This document shows, piece by piece, positions 1-8,761 of a stretch of DNA of 64,000 nt. Within the stretch, counting starts at the first letter, position 1. The number at the start of each line of letters is the position of its first letter. Source of the stretch: Sedimentisphaerales bacterium (GTDB lineage: Bacteria; Planctomycetota; Phycisphaerae; Sedimentisphaerales; Anaerobacaceae); the NCBI GenBank assembly GCA_040772485.1, contig JAXGYC010000007.1, forward strand, positions 928,001-992,000, read 5' to 3'. The notes under the pieces are model-generated. The model was not told where the DNA came from. It made no database searches and saw only the letters and a program-made list of their open reading frames with translations. The translations under genes and the position numbers were made by a program.

Positions 1-1
1 T

Positions 2-481
2 GCGCCGGTTCAGCAGGTCGAACGTCTCGTCGTCGTACCAACTGGAATGCCGAAATTCGAAGACCGCGTGCCTGCGCGCCGGAAGACACTCGATGAACGC
101 GTCCAGCCTTTCGAGGTCTTTGTGCAGGCTGGGCGGCAATTGGTACAACACCGCGCCCAGCGTGTCCTCGAAGAAGTCGATCACCTCGAAGAACCGCCCC
201 ACCTCCTCGGCGACCTCTCTGAGCTTCTTGATGTGCGTGATGTACCGATTGGCCTTGGCGGCGTACGTGAACCCCTCGGGCGCGGCCTGCCGCCATTTCT
301 CCACCGTGCCGGCCCTGGGCAGATGGTAGAAGGTGCTGTTGATCTCGACGGTGTCGAAGCGCTGGGCATAGTGCTCGAACCATCGGCTCTTCGGGAGTCT
401 GTCGGGATAGAACCGCCCCCGCCAGTGGTCATACTGCCAGCCGGAGGTGCCGATCCAGATGTCCCCATTGGGCGTGTGCAC
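2..481 (-). CDS. DUF72 domain-containing protein (YecE/YunF-like), truncated by the window edge
   Basis: Not in the ORF track. Manual translation from GTG at 481 (AAGGAGG SD upstream) gives IWIGTSGWQYDHWRGRFYP...FDTVEINSTFYHLP...LYQLPPS...AVFEFRHSSW, the DUF72 signature. Confidence 0.9.
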   Translation of the reverse strand, partial: MHTPNGDIWIGTSGWQYDHWRGRFYPDRLPKSRWFEHYAQRFDTVEINSTFYHLPRAGTVEKWRQAAPEGFTYAAKANRYITHIKKLREVAEEVGRFFEVIDFFEDTLGAVLYQLPPSLHKDLERLDAFIECLPARRHAVFEFRHSSWYDDETFDLLNRR

Positions 482-588
482 CAGGAGCCTCCTTGAACGC
501 ATCGCAACACGATCATTATAATCGTCGTACGAGCGTGTACCAACAGGACGCAAAAGGGAATCGGACGGAGCATGAAACTGGAATCACA

Positions 589-1057
589 CCCGGATTTCTT
601 AAGTAGTTGGTGACGTGCAAGCCGGATTTTGATGGCATCGAGCGCATTGGGGCCATTCAAACCAGGTTCCCCCTTCTTTGTGGGAATCCGCAATGGGTGA
701 AGCACACAAAGAGCCGATGAGGTTCCACTTTGACGAGAGATCGAAGCTCGGATTTCATCGCAAGTGACAGAGGTATGCTTGCCTGTCGAGAGTTTGACCA
801 CGTGCTCGGTCTGACCTCGACCGTTGATTCGGAGTTGCGCGACATTCGGACGAGCAAGAATACGGAGCAGGGTCTTGCTGCATTGTTCAGGCAGTCGGTT
901 CACGGCAGGCTTGCTGGCCATGACGACACGTAGGAACAGTTGCGTCAGCGAGACTTGCGGCCATCAGGCAGTGCGTTGGGACGTCCCTCGACGTGTCGTT
1001 GCCACAATCGAGTGGCTTGCCAGAGCGCCAATCATGAGACTACATGGAAGATCTCGG
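589..1057 (+). mobile_element. Internally deleted, degenerate IS1380-family insertion sequence remnant
   Basis: Left end CCCGGATTTC at 589 and a degenerate inverted right end (CATGGAAGATCTCGG) ending at 1057. Frameshifted transposase N-terminus MGEAHKEPMRFHFD / SDRGMLACREFDHVLGLT...RTSKNTEQGLAALFRQSVHGRLAGHDDT* resembles IS1380 transposases (SDAGLL.YRE.D..LGLT...LLRQSIYSRLAGYED). Confidence 0.75.
693..933 (+). pseudogene. IS1380 transposase N-terminal fragment (frameshift plus premature stop)
   Basis: The ATG 693 frame breaks after RFHFD; similarity continues in the 730..933 frame and stops at TAG 931-933. Confidence 0.7.
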
Positions 1058-1094
1058 TTAGCTATGTCCTTTGGATTTCGGCGGGGATGAGGTT

Positions 1095-2312
1095 GTGACG
1101 GACAGTCGCCAGGCACGACAGAACGACAAATGGCGCATGTTGGCCAAGGGGCTCTATGGCCGTATACCACCGTCGTGGCGCCGGCTTCTGTATCCGATAG
1201 TCTTCTGCTATTGGGCATACCAGGAGATCCGGCCGCAATTCTGGATTGGTGAGAGTCAAGGGAGAGACGATGGCCGGGTGATCTCCGTGCTCTGTGTTGC
1301 CGGCAACTGGGACAGGAGTTTTCTATTCCGGCAGGTCTTGGGCAAGCACCACCGCGAGCGGTGCATCGGCCGCGCATGGCTGTGGAATCTCTCGAAGGTT
1401 CTGACTGTACAGGGACAGCGTTGTTGTGCGGTTTTCGTCCGTGCACGGCCCGGCTTTCGGAAATTTCTCGGGCCCCAGAAGTGGATCAACATTCCCGCGT
1501 GGGTGGTGGGCGAGGTGGATCTGCCACTGCCGCGCCACGTCCTGGCCAGCGAGAACGTGAAGAAAGACCTCCGCAGGATACGGAAGAACGCATTGACTTA
1601 TGAAATCTCGCATGATATGCGGCAGTTTGACGATTTCTACCACCGCATGCATGTGCCCTATATAGCAGGGGCTCACGGCGACAGTGCCATCGTGGATTCA
1701 TATGACCAGGCCCGGCAGGCATTCAAAAGCAATGAACTTCTGCTTGTGATGGCCGAGGGAGAACCCGTTGCGGGAGGACTGATCGACTACTCCGAGACAG
1801 TCCCCCGGCTGGTGATGGCGGGGGTGCCAGATGGCAGCAGAGCACTTGTTCGAGCCGGAGTGATCGGGGCGAGGTATCACTTCACACTTCGTCATCTGGC
1901 AAGCCAGGGCTACACCAGAGCAGGTCTCGGCAAATCGCGCGCCTTTTTGCAGGATGGGGTCCTTCGATACAAGAAGAAGCTGGGGATGAGACTTGTCCGC
2001 ATGGCGGAGGGATGCTTCTATCTCAGGGTGTTCGACGATACGCCAGCGGCGGGCGAATTCCTGCGTGAGAATCCGCTGATTTTTGAGAGGGATGGCGTTC
2101 TGCATGGGGCCGTGTTCGTCAATGGGGATGCTGGCCAACTGTCCGATGCGGACATTGCGCAACTGGACAAGCGTTTCTTTGTGGAGGGACTGTCCCGTCT
2201 TTGGGTCGTTTCGCTTGGCGAATCGAGCCGCAGTCTGACCGTGCCGCCCGGAGTGGCGGAGAGAATCACTGTGTGTGCGGCCTCGGAGTTCTTCAAATGG
2301 AACAGCCGGTGA
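1095..2312 (+). CDS. Hypothetical protein, probable GNAT/FemAB-like acyltransferase fold
   Basis: ~405-aa ORF. KKDLRRIRKN...FDDFYHRMHVPY...LLLVMAEGEPVAG...LGKSRAFLQDGVLRYKKKLG resembles Acetyltransf_6/FemAB-like proteins. Start uncertain (TTG 1071 or GTG 1095). Confidence 0.55.
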   Translation: MTDSRQARQNDKWRMLAKGLYGRIPPSWRRLLYPIVFCYWAYQEIRPQFWIGESQGRDDGRVISVLCVAGNWDRSFLFRQVLGKHHRERCIGRAWLWNLSKVLTVQGQRCCAVFVRARPGFRKFLGPQKWINIPAWVVGEVDLPLPRHVLASENVKKDLRRIRKNALTYEISHDMRQFDDFYHRMHVPYIAGAHGDSAIVDSYDQARQAFKSNELLLVMAEGEPVAGGLIDYSETVPRLVMAGVPDGSRALVRAGVIGARYHFTLRHLASQGYTRAGLGKSRAFLQDGVLRYKKKLGMRLVRMAEGCFYLRVFDDTPAAGEFLRENPLIFERDGVLHGAVFVNGDAGQLSDADIAQLDKRFFVEGLSRLWVVSLGESSRSLTVPPGVAERITVCAASEFFKWNSR

Positions 2313-2407
2313 AGGGTGCTGGTTCCGGCGGCGCCGTGCCGACGGACGGCGGAAGGCAGGTTGACGAGCGGCACTGTGCCACAGGGTGGAAGTAGGGGGA
2401 CGGCAAG

Positions 2408-2638
2408 ACGCCTTCAGGATCAGAACAACTCGGAAGGTGGCTGGTAGGCATCGGGGCCGTGATCATCGCGGTCGGTCTGTTGCTGATGCGGCTCGGACGC
2501 ATCGGTCTGTTTCGCCTGCCGGGCGATCCCGAATCCGGGGGCAGGAACTGGCGGGTCTACTTCCCACTGGGCACGTGCATCCTCTTGTCGCTGATCCTGA
2601 CGCTGGTGCTCTGGCTGAGCCACTACCTGCGCCGCTGA
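2408..2638 (+). CDS. DUF2905 family small membrane protein (non-canonical start or incipient pseudogene)
   Basis: Not in the ORF track. LGRWLVGIGAVIIAVGLLL...LFRLPGD...NWRVYFPLGTCILLSLILTLVLWL is the DUF2905 signature. In-frame TAG at 2393; ACG at 2408 follows a GGGGGA SD. Confidence 0.75.
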   Translation, partial: TPSGSEQLGRWLVGIGAVIIAVGLLLMRLGRIGLFRLPGDPESGGRNWRVYFPLGTCILLSLILTLVLWLSHYLRR

Positions 2639-2679
2639 GAATCGAAGCGATTGCCGCTTTGTTTTCGTGTCTTTCAGCT

Positions 2680-2685
2680 TATAAT
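2680..2685 (+). promoter_or_regulatory. -10 box TATAAT of a probable leaderless polX transcript
   Basis: Perfect TATAAT 7 nt before the ATG at 2693; no SD in between. Confidence 0.55.
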
Positions 2686-2692
2686 CGAGCCC

Positions 2693-4447
2693 ATGAGAAA
2701 CGCGATACTCAGCGCGATCTTCGACCAGATGGCCGACATCATGGAGATTCTGGGGGAGGACCCCTTCCGCATCAACAGCTACCGCAAGGTCTCCCGCGCT
2801 GTCGCCGAGTTGCCGACGGACGTGGGCGTCCTGCTGGAGGACGGGCGTCTGGCCAAGACGCCGGGAATCGGCAAATCGAGTCTGGCCAAAATCCAGGAGT
2901 TCGTCGCGAGCAACCGCATCACGGCGCACGAGGAGCTTCTGGAGCGAATCCCGCCATCGCTGCTGGAGCTGCTCCACATTCCGGGCATGGGACCAAAGGG
3001 CGTCAAGGCCGTGTACGAAGGCCTTGGCGTCAAGGGTGTCGACGATCTCAAGAGAGTCGTCGAGGATGGATCGCTGGCGACTCTGCCCGGCTTCGGCCAG
3101 AAGAAAGCGGCAGCCATCCAGCGCGGGATCGAGTTCCTGGAGAAGTCCACGGGTCGCATCCGGCTGGACCAGGCGATGGAAGCCGCCGAGATGGTCTGTG
3201 CGTGCCTGCGGGACCTGCCCGGGGTCAAGCGTGTGGAGGCCGCCGGGTCGCTCCGTCGGCGGGCCGAGACCATCGGCGACGTCGACATCCTGGTGGCCAC
3301 GGGCAAGGGCAAGTCAACATCAAGAACGAGTCCCGAGCAGATCATCCAGTCATTCACCCAAGCCTCCTTCGTTGAACGCGTCCTCGCGTCGGGCGACACG
3401 AAGGGCTCGGCCATCATCCAGACCGAGACGACGCCGGTGCAGGTGGATGTACGCGTGGTGCCGGACGAGAGTTTCGGCGCCGCCCTTCAGTACTTCACGG
3501 GGTCCAAACAACATAACGTCCGCCTGCGCGAGATCGCCATCAAGAGCAAGCTCAAGCTCAACGAGTACGGCTTGTTCGAGGGGGACAAACAGGTCGCCGG
3601 CGCTACGGAAGAGGGGATCTACAAGAAGCTGGGGCTGGACCCCGTCCCTCCCCTGCTGCGCGAGGACCGTGGCGAAGTCGAGGCCGCTCGTTCGCACGCC
3701 CTGCCCGAACTGGTGCAGATCGAGGACATCCGCGGCGATTTCCACATGCACACGCTCGCTTCCGACGGCAGGAACGAGATCGAGCAGATGGTCGAGGCCG
3801 CCCGCGAGCTGGGATACGAGTTTCTGTGCATCACCGACCACTCCGAGTCCTCCGTCATCGCCAACGGCCAAAGCCCCACGCGACTCGCCAAACAGATCGA
3901 GCAGATTCACAGGATCGGCGCCAAGCTCAAAGGGATCACGCTGCTGGCAGGCGCCGAGGTCGACATCCTGGCGGACGGCTCGCTCGACTTCGACGACAAG
4001 CTGCTCGCCGATCTGGACTATGTCGTCGCGTCGATCCATTCGGGCATGACCAGCCCCCGCGAGAAGGTCACGATGCGAACGCTCAAAGCGATGGAAAACC
4101 CCTACGTCAGTTGCATCGGCCACCCGACGGGCCGGCTGCTCGGCCAACGGGAAGCGATGGACCTGGACATCGCGGCGGTGATCGAGCAGGCCGCGCAGAC
4201 CCACACGGCCCTGGAGATCAACGCCAATCCATACCGGCTCGACCTCAAGGACCTGCACTGCAAGATGGCTGCCGAGGCGGGAGTCAAGCTCGCCATCGGG
4301 ACCGATGCCCACAGCACGGAGGGCTTGGGCCTGATGCACTTTGGCGTCGCGACCGCCGGACGCGGCTGGGCTACGAAGGACGATGTCCTGAACACCCTCT
4401 CGCCCGCAAAGCTCAAGAGCTGGCTGCGCACCAAGCGTCCCAAGTAG
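2693..4447 (+). CDS. polX: DNA polymerase/3'-5' exonuclease PolX (PolX core + PHP domain)
   Basis: HhH motifs (PGIG, IPGMGPK, LPGFG), AGSLRR, GDVDILV and VDVRV catalytic aspartates, YFTGSK, PHP motifs HMHT/TDH/HPTGR/GTDAH. Confidence 0.95.
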   Translation: MRNAILSAIFDQMADIMEILGEDPFRINSYRKVSRAVAELPTDVGVLLEDGRLAKTPGIGKSSLAKIQEFVASNRITAHEELLERIPPSLLELLHIPGMGPKGVKAVYEGLGVKGVDDLKRVVEDGSLATLPGFGQKKAAAIQRGIEFLEKSTGRIRLDQAMEAAEMVCACLRDLPGVKRVEAAGSLRRRAETIGDVDILVATGKGKSTSRTSPEQIIQSFTQASFVERVLASGDTKGSAIIQTETTPVQVDVRVVPDESFGAALQYFTGSKQHNVRLREIAIKSKLKLNEYGLFEGDKQVAGATEEGIYKKLGLDPVPPLLREDRGEVEAARSHALPELVQIEDIRGDFHMHTLASDGRNEIEQMVEAARELGYEFLCITDHSESSVIANGQSPTRLAKQIEQIHRIGAKLKGITLLAGAEVDILADGSLDFDDKLLADLDYVVASIHSGMTSPREKVTMRTLKAMENPYVSCIGHPTGRLLGQREAMDLDIAAVIEQAAQTHTALEINANPYRLDLKDLHCKMAAEAGVKLAIGTDAHSTEGLGLMHFGVATAGRGWATKDDVLNTLSPAKLKSWLRTKRPK

Positions 4448-4558
4448 GCGTCGCTGCAACACGACCGGCGAACCTGCTGGACGATTTCATGACGATCCTG
4501 CTATAATCCATTCAAACCAGCAGACTTAGCGGCCGATACCAATGCTGGTTCAAATGAA

Positions 4559-6487
4559 ATGACAGAACACAGCGCCCCGCAGAAGAGAAGGCCAATGACC
4601 AGGGCAGAAAGCACGGCAGGCACGACCGGGTCTCGACGCGCGTTCAGACTGCCCCTGTCTGCGGTCTTCTTCGTCGCCTATTACCTGTACTTCGCTTTCG
4701 AAATCCAGGTGCATCTGCTCTACCACGGCGCCGGCTTGATCGACAATTTCCCTGTCTTCTACTGGGGTTGGGACTTCTTCGGGGAATTCACGACCTATCC
4801 AGGGGGCCTTCTCGAGTATCTCTGCGCCCTGCTGTCGCAGTTGTTCTACTACTCATGGGCCGGAGCGGCGGTGGTCACGATTCAGGCGTGGCTGATGTGC
4901 CTGTGTACGGACTACGTGGTCTGCAGGCTCAGCCTGCCGCGATGGAGGGGCCTGCGGTTCCTCGGGCCTCTTCTTCTCCTGGCCATGTACTCGCAGTACA
5001 CATTCCATCTGCCCGAAACGATGGGATTCCTGGCAGCAATTGCGGCCTTCTGCCTCTATCTGAGGCTTGCACCGAAGGCAGAGATTCGCGCAGGCTTCTG
5101 CTTTCTGGCCCTCTCCATCGGCTTCTACGTGTCGGCAGGAGGTCCGTATCTGGTGTTCGCCGTGCTGTGCGGAGTGGCCGAGATCCTCTTCAATGGCCGG
5201 TTCCGGCTTGGCGCAGCGCAATTGGCTGTCGGCGCTGCCACACCCCTGGCGCTGGGCGTCGGCCTCCTCGGGCAACGTCCGCACGACGCCTATTTTCAGT
5301 TGCTGCCGCTTTCATGGAAGATCACGACTTTCACGTCCACGGAACTGATGCGAGGAGCCGTTTGGGCAGTGATTCTCTTTCTTCCTGTGAGCCTGCTGGT
5401 CTTGGGGACTGTCCGCATCCTCACTGCATCGCTGGAGTCGCGGCGGCCGCGGAAGAGGGACAGGACCCCTTCGAGACTGCAATCCATTCGCAAGGCGGCC
5501 GACAGACTGGCGGGCGACCCGCTGCACAGCCGGTTCGGCCTGAACGTGCGGACGGCCGCACTCGTCCTGGCGATCGCTGCCACGCTGCTGCTGTACCGCA
5601 ACCCCAGGGTCAAGACCCTTTTCGAGGTCGACTACTTCTCTCGCCAGGAACAGTGGTCGAAGGTCGTGGAGATCGGCCGCCGGAACCCCTATCACTACCT
5701 CGTCTGTCACGCGGTCAACCGGGCGCTGTACCGCATGGGAAGGCTCGGAGACGAGATGTTCGCCTTTCCCCAACAACCCGAGGCCCTTCTCCTGACCAGG
5801 CAAGAGGCCTATTGGCAGAAGTTCGACACCTGTGTGGACATGGGGCTTGTGAACCAGGCGCAGGACGCCCTGATGATATGCGTTGAGACGTATGGCGAGA
5901 GGCCCCTGCTGCTCCATCGGCTGGCCCGAGTCCACACAATCAAGGGCAATATCAGCACGGCCCGTGTGTTCCTCGGAGCCTTGGCGAAGGTCCCGTTCTG
6001 GAGTCGACAGGCCCGCGCCGATCTGGCGAAGCTCGACACCGATCCCGGCCTGTCTCAGGACACCGCGATCCAGCACTGGCGCTCGATCATGCTCCGGCAC
6101 GACTTCGTGCGGAATGCGGACACGCTGACGCTGCTGCTGACGGAGAACCCGGCCAATCGGATGGCCTACGAGTACGGCATCGCCAGCCTGCTGCTGTCCA
6201 GGAACATCGAGCAGTTCGGGCAAAATGTCGAGAAGTTCCGCCCTCCCGGCGTCTCTGGCCAGCCGAGACACCACACCGAGGCCCTGCTGCTGCACAGGGC
6301 GCTCAAAAAGCTGCCCATCGACGCTCCCGGTCAGACAATCCCCAGGGAGGCCAAAGTCAGGCTTCACGAGTTCTTCCAGACGCTTCAGCAGCATGGCAAA
6401 AACAAAGCCAATGCGATTGCGGCGTTGAGAGCACCGTTTGGCGATACGTATTACTACTATTACTTCCTCGGCGGTCAGGGGGGCTGA
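4559..6487 (+). CDS. DUF6057 family multi-pass membrane protein with C-terminal helical/TPR-like domain
   Basis: N-terminal TM helices with PGGLLEY..ALLSQLFYYSWAGA; C-terminal NPANRMAYEY...LL and DTYYYYY motifs typical of DUF6057. Confidence 0.75.
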   Translation: MTEHSAPQKRRPMTRAESTAGTTGSRRAFRLPLSAVFFVAYYLYFAFEIQVHLLYHGAGLIDNFPVFYWGWDFFGEFTTYPGGLLEYLCALLSQLFYYSWAGAAVVTIQAWLMCLCTDYVVCRLSLPRWRGLRFLGPLLLLAMYSQYTFHLPETMGFLAAIAAFCLYLRLAPKAEIRAGFCFLALSIGFYVSAGGPYLVFAVLCGVAEILFNGRFRLGAAQLAVGAATPLALGVGLLGQRPHDAYFQLLPLSWKITTFTSTELMRGAVWAVILFLPVSLLVLGTVRILTASLESRRPRKRDRTPSRLQSIRKAADRLAGDPLHSRFGLNVRTAALVLAIAATLLLYRNPRVKTLFEVDYFSRQEQWSKVVEIGRRNPYHYLVCHAVNRALYRMGRLGDEMFAFPQQPEALLLTRQEAYWQKFDTCVDMGLVNQAQDALMICVETYGERPLLLHRLARVHTIKGNISTARVFLGALAKVPFWSRQARADLAKLDTDPGLSQDTAIQHWRSIMLRHDFVRNADTLTLLLTENPANRMAYEYGIASLLLSRNIEQFGQNVEKFRPPGVSGQPRHHTEALLLHRALKKLPIDAPGQTIPREAKVRLHEFFQTLQQHGKNKANAIAALRAPFGDTYYYYYFLGGQGG

Positions 6488-6489
6488 TT

Positions 6490-8076
6490 GTGCGTAAACC
6501 CTTTGCGGTCAGTATGTTCCTTCTGGTTGTCGCCGCAGGGGTCTGCGCGGGTCTGGTCTATGTGTCGAACCGGGCGGAGCCTGTCGGCAGCTTCGGGGAA
6601 CTCGACCGACGCCCCCGGATTGAGCCGGACTACACTGACGCGGTCATCCCGCCCAACATCGCCCCGCTGAACTTCGTGGTTCACGAGCCGGGAACCGCGT
6701 ACGGCGTCAGGATCTCCTCCTCCCAGGGTGACCCGATCCAGGTCCTCAGCAGAAAGCCCGCCATCCGAATCAGCTCAAAGTCCTGGGGCGCCCTGCTGGA
6801 GCAGAACCGCGGCCGGGAGCTGCGAATCGACGTCTACGCAAAGGGCAGAGATGGCCGATGGAATCACTTCCAACCCATCGCCAATCGGATCGCCGAGGAG
6901 GACATCGACCGCTTTCTCGTATATCGGAAGATGCACCCGACGCATCTGCGGGTCAAAGGCGAAATCGCCATTCACTCTCGCGACCTGACCGGGTTCGGCG
7001 AGTCCACGCTGCTCAGCGGAAAGAGCGTTGAACACGGCTGCATCAACTGCCATTCTTTCGCCGCCAATCGGAGCGACAAGATGCTGATGGGCGTGCGATC
7101 GCCGAAGTACGGCGTCGGCACGCTGCTGGTCGACGGCGACTCGGTCCACGAGATCGGCGCCAAGTTCGGCTACACCTGCTGGCATCCCAGCGGGCGGATG
7201 GCGGTCTATTCCGTCAACAACCTGCCCATGTTCTACCACTCCAGCCGCAACGAGGTGCGCGACACTGTGGATCTCGATTCCCTGCTCGCCTGTTACTTCA
7301 ACGACAGCAAGAAGATAGGCGTCGAGCCGAACCTCGCCCGCAAGGAGCACCTGGAGAACTGGCCTGCCTGGTCGGCTGACGGCAAACACCTATATTTTTG
7401 CAGCGCGCCGATGCTCTGGCCCAGGGACACGCCGAACCCGCCGCTGCTGTACGATCAGGTCAAATACAGCCTGATGCGAGTCTCGTACGATCTCGACGCC
7501 GACCGCTGGGGCACGCTGGAAACCGTGCTCTCCGCGAAAGATACGGGCAGGAGCATTGCGATGCCCAGGTGCAGCCCGGACGGGCGGTGGCTGTCGTTCT
7601 GCATGTGCGATTATGGCTTCTTCCCTACATGGCAGGCCGACAGCGACCTTTACCTGATGGACCTGGCAGCCCGGGACGATGCGGGCAGGCCTCCCTACCA
7701 GCGTCTCGGAATCAACAGCGACACGAGCGAATCGTGGCAGACCTGGTCCAGCAACAGCCGATGGCTCGTCTTCAGCAGCAAGCGTCTCCACGGGGTGTTC
7801 ACCCGGCTGTTCATCAGCTACGTCGACAGCGGCGGGACGGTCCACAAGCCGATCGTGCTGCCCCAGAGAGATCCGGCCTTTTACGAGTCCTGCCTTCTGA
7901 CGTTCAATACGCCCGAATTGGTCACCGAGCGGCCCGCCGCGACGGGCGAAGCGCTTGCCAGGACCTTCCGGAAGCGCCATGAGCTGGCGGTCCAGATGCC
8001 CATCACCATGGCCACCCCCAAGGCCGGCCAGAGCTCCGGCGAATCGGCCTGGCAGGCGCAGGGGCAGCGCGAGTAG
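6490..8076 (+). CDS. TolB-like/PD40 beta-propeller protein with CxxCH motif (usual partner of DUF6057)
   Basis: N-terminal anchor, IEPDY...IPPNIAPLNF, CINCHSF, PD40 repeats (WHPSG, PAWSADG, CSPDGRWL, WSSNSRWLVFSS). Starts 2 nt after the DUF6057 stop. Confidence 0.8.
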   Translation: MRKPFAVSMFLLVVAAGVCAGLVYVSNRAEPVGSFGELDRRPRIEPDYTDAVIPPNIAPLNFVVHEPGTAYGVRISSSQGDPIQVLSRKPAIRISSKSWGALLEQNRGRELRIDVYAKGRDGRWNHFQPIANRIAEEDIDRFLVYRKMHPTHLRVKGEIAIHSRDLTGFGESTLLSGKSVEHGCINCHSFAANRSDKMLMGVRSPKYGVGTLLVDGDSVHEIGAKFGYTCWHPSGRMAVYSVNNLPMFYHSSRNEVRDTVDLDSLLACYFNDSKKIGVEPNLARKEHLENWPAWSADGKHLYFCSAPMLWPRDTPNPPLLYDQVKYSLMRVSYDLDADRWGTLETVLSAKDTGRSIAMPRCSPDGRWLSFCMCDYGFFPTWQADSDLYLMDLAARDDAGRPPYQRLGINSDTSESWQTWSSNSRWLVFSSKRLHGVFTRLFISYVDSGGTVHKPIVLPQRDPAFYESCLLTFNTPELVTERPAATGEALARTFRKRHELAVQMPITMATPKAGQSSGESAWQAQGQRE

Positions 8077-8146
8077 CCGGTATCGCACGCCGGAGCCGCA
8101 GAACCCTTGCCGAGCGAAAAACTGCCTCTCTCTCAAGATTTTTTGC

Positions 8147-8175
8147 TTGAACAGGTCTCGTCTCTGGGTTAGAAT
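8147..8175 (+). promoter_or_regulatory. sigma70-type promoter TTGAAC-N17-TAGAAT
   Basis: 17-nt spacer; a near-identical promoter lies at 11956-11984 upstream of the paralogue. Confidence 0.65.
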
Positions 8176-8761
8176 CTGTTTATTCGACCTGTGATAAAGC
8201 AATGCTTATCGGTCCTCGCATCTGTTCGGTGCGGCAGGAGTGGTGTCACTTTGGTTTCACGTGGGAGGGTGTCTGACAGGCGCCGGTACGAAAACTGCGG
8301 GCGCTCATTTCCAGACAGCCTGACCATCCCTTGCCCATGATCGGAAGACTATCTGAAGGACCGAGACATGTGTTCTCCAGCCACCCTTGTGAGAACACGC
8401 TCGTGGTAACAGCGGCTTAACCATTGCCGGCCCGGTCGCAGCAACGCATGGGTCAAGGAGGTTCGAGAGAGAGTGAGTGATTCAGCCCCGTCTGCAACCA
8501 GCACCGTACCATCGAGACCAACTGTTTGGACCGTCGCATTGCGTCTCCCTTAGAGGCACCTGGACCAATCCCAACCATGGACGGTCTTTCGTGACCCGGA
8601 GCGATGGCTCTCGGTCGTGACACGATGGAAGCATTTCCGGGCGTCTGCCGCCCGGGCGTTGGCAGGAAGGAGGTGGCCATCGAGCGAAGGGAAGTAAGGA
8701 GAGTCCGAAGGAGTGTGTGGTAATCAAAACCTCAATGTCATTTGTCCGAGGAGGACGCGTT

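Noticed and set aside
2..4447. DUF72 + polX as a dedicated repair or defence operon
   Set aside because: The genes are divergent and separated by an IS remnant and unrelated genes; polX appears to have its own promoter.
8180..8760. Known riboswitch (c-di-GMP-I, cobalamin, TPP, SAM) in the long leader
   Set aside because: I could not find their consensus cores by eye; an Rfam scan is needed to exclude them formally.
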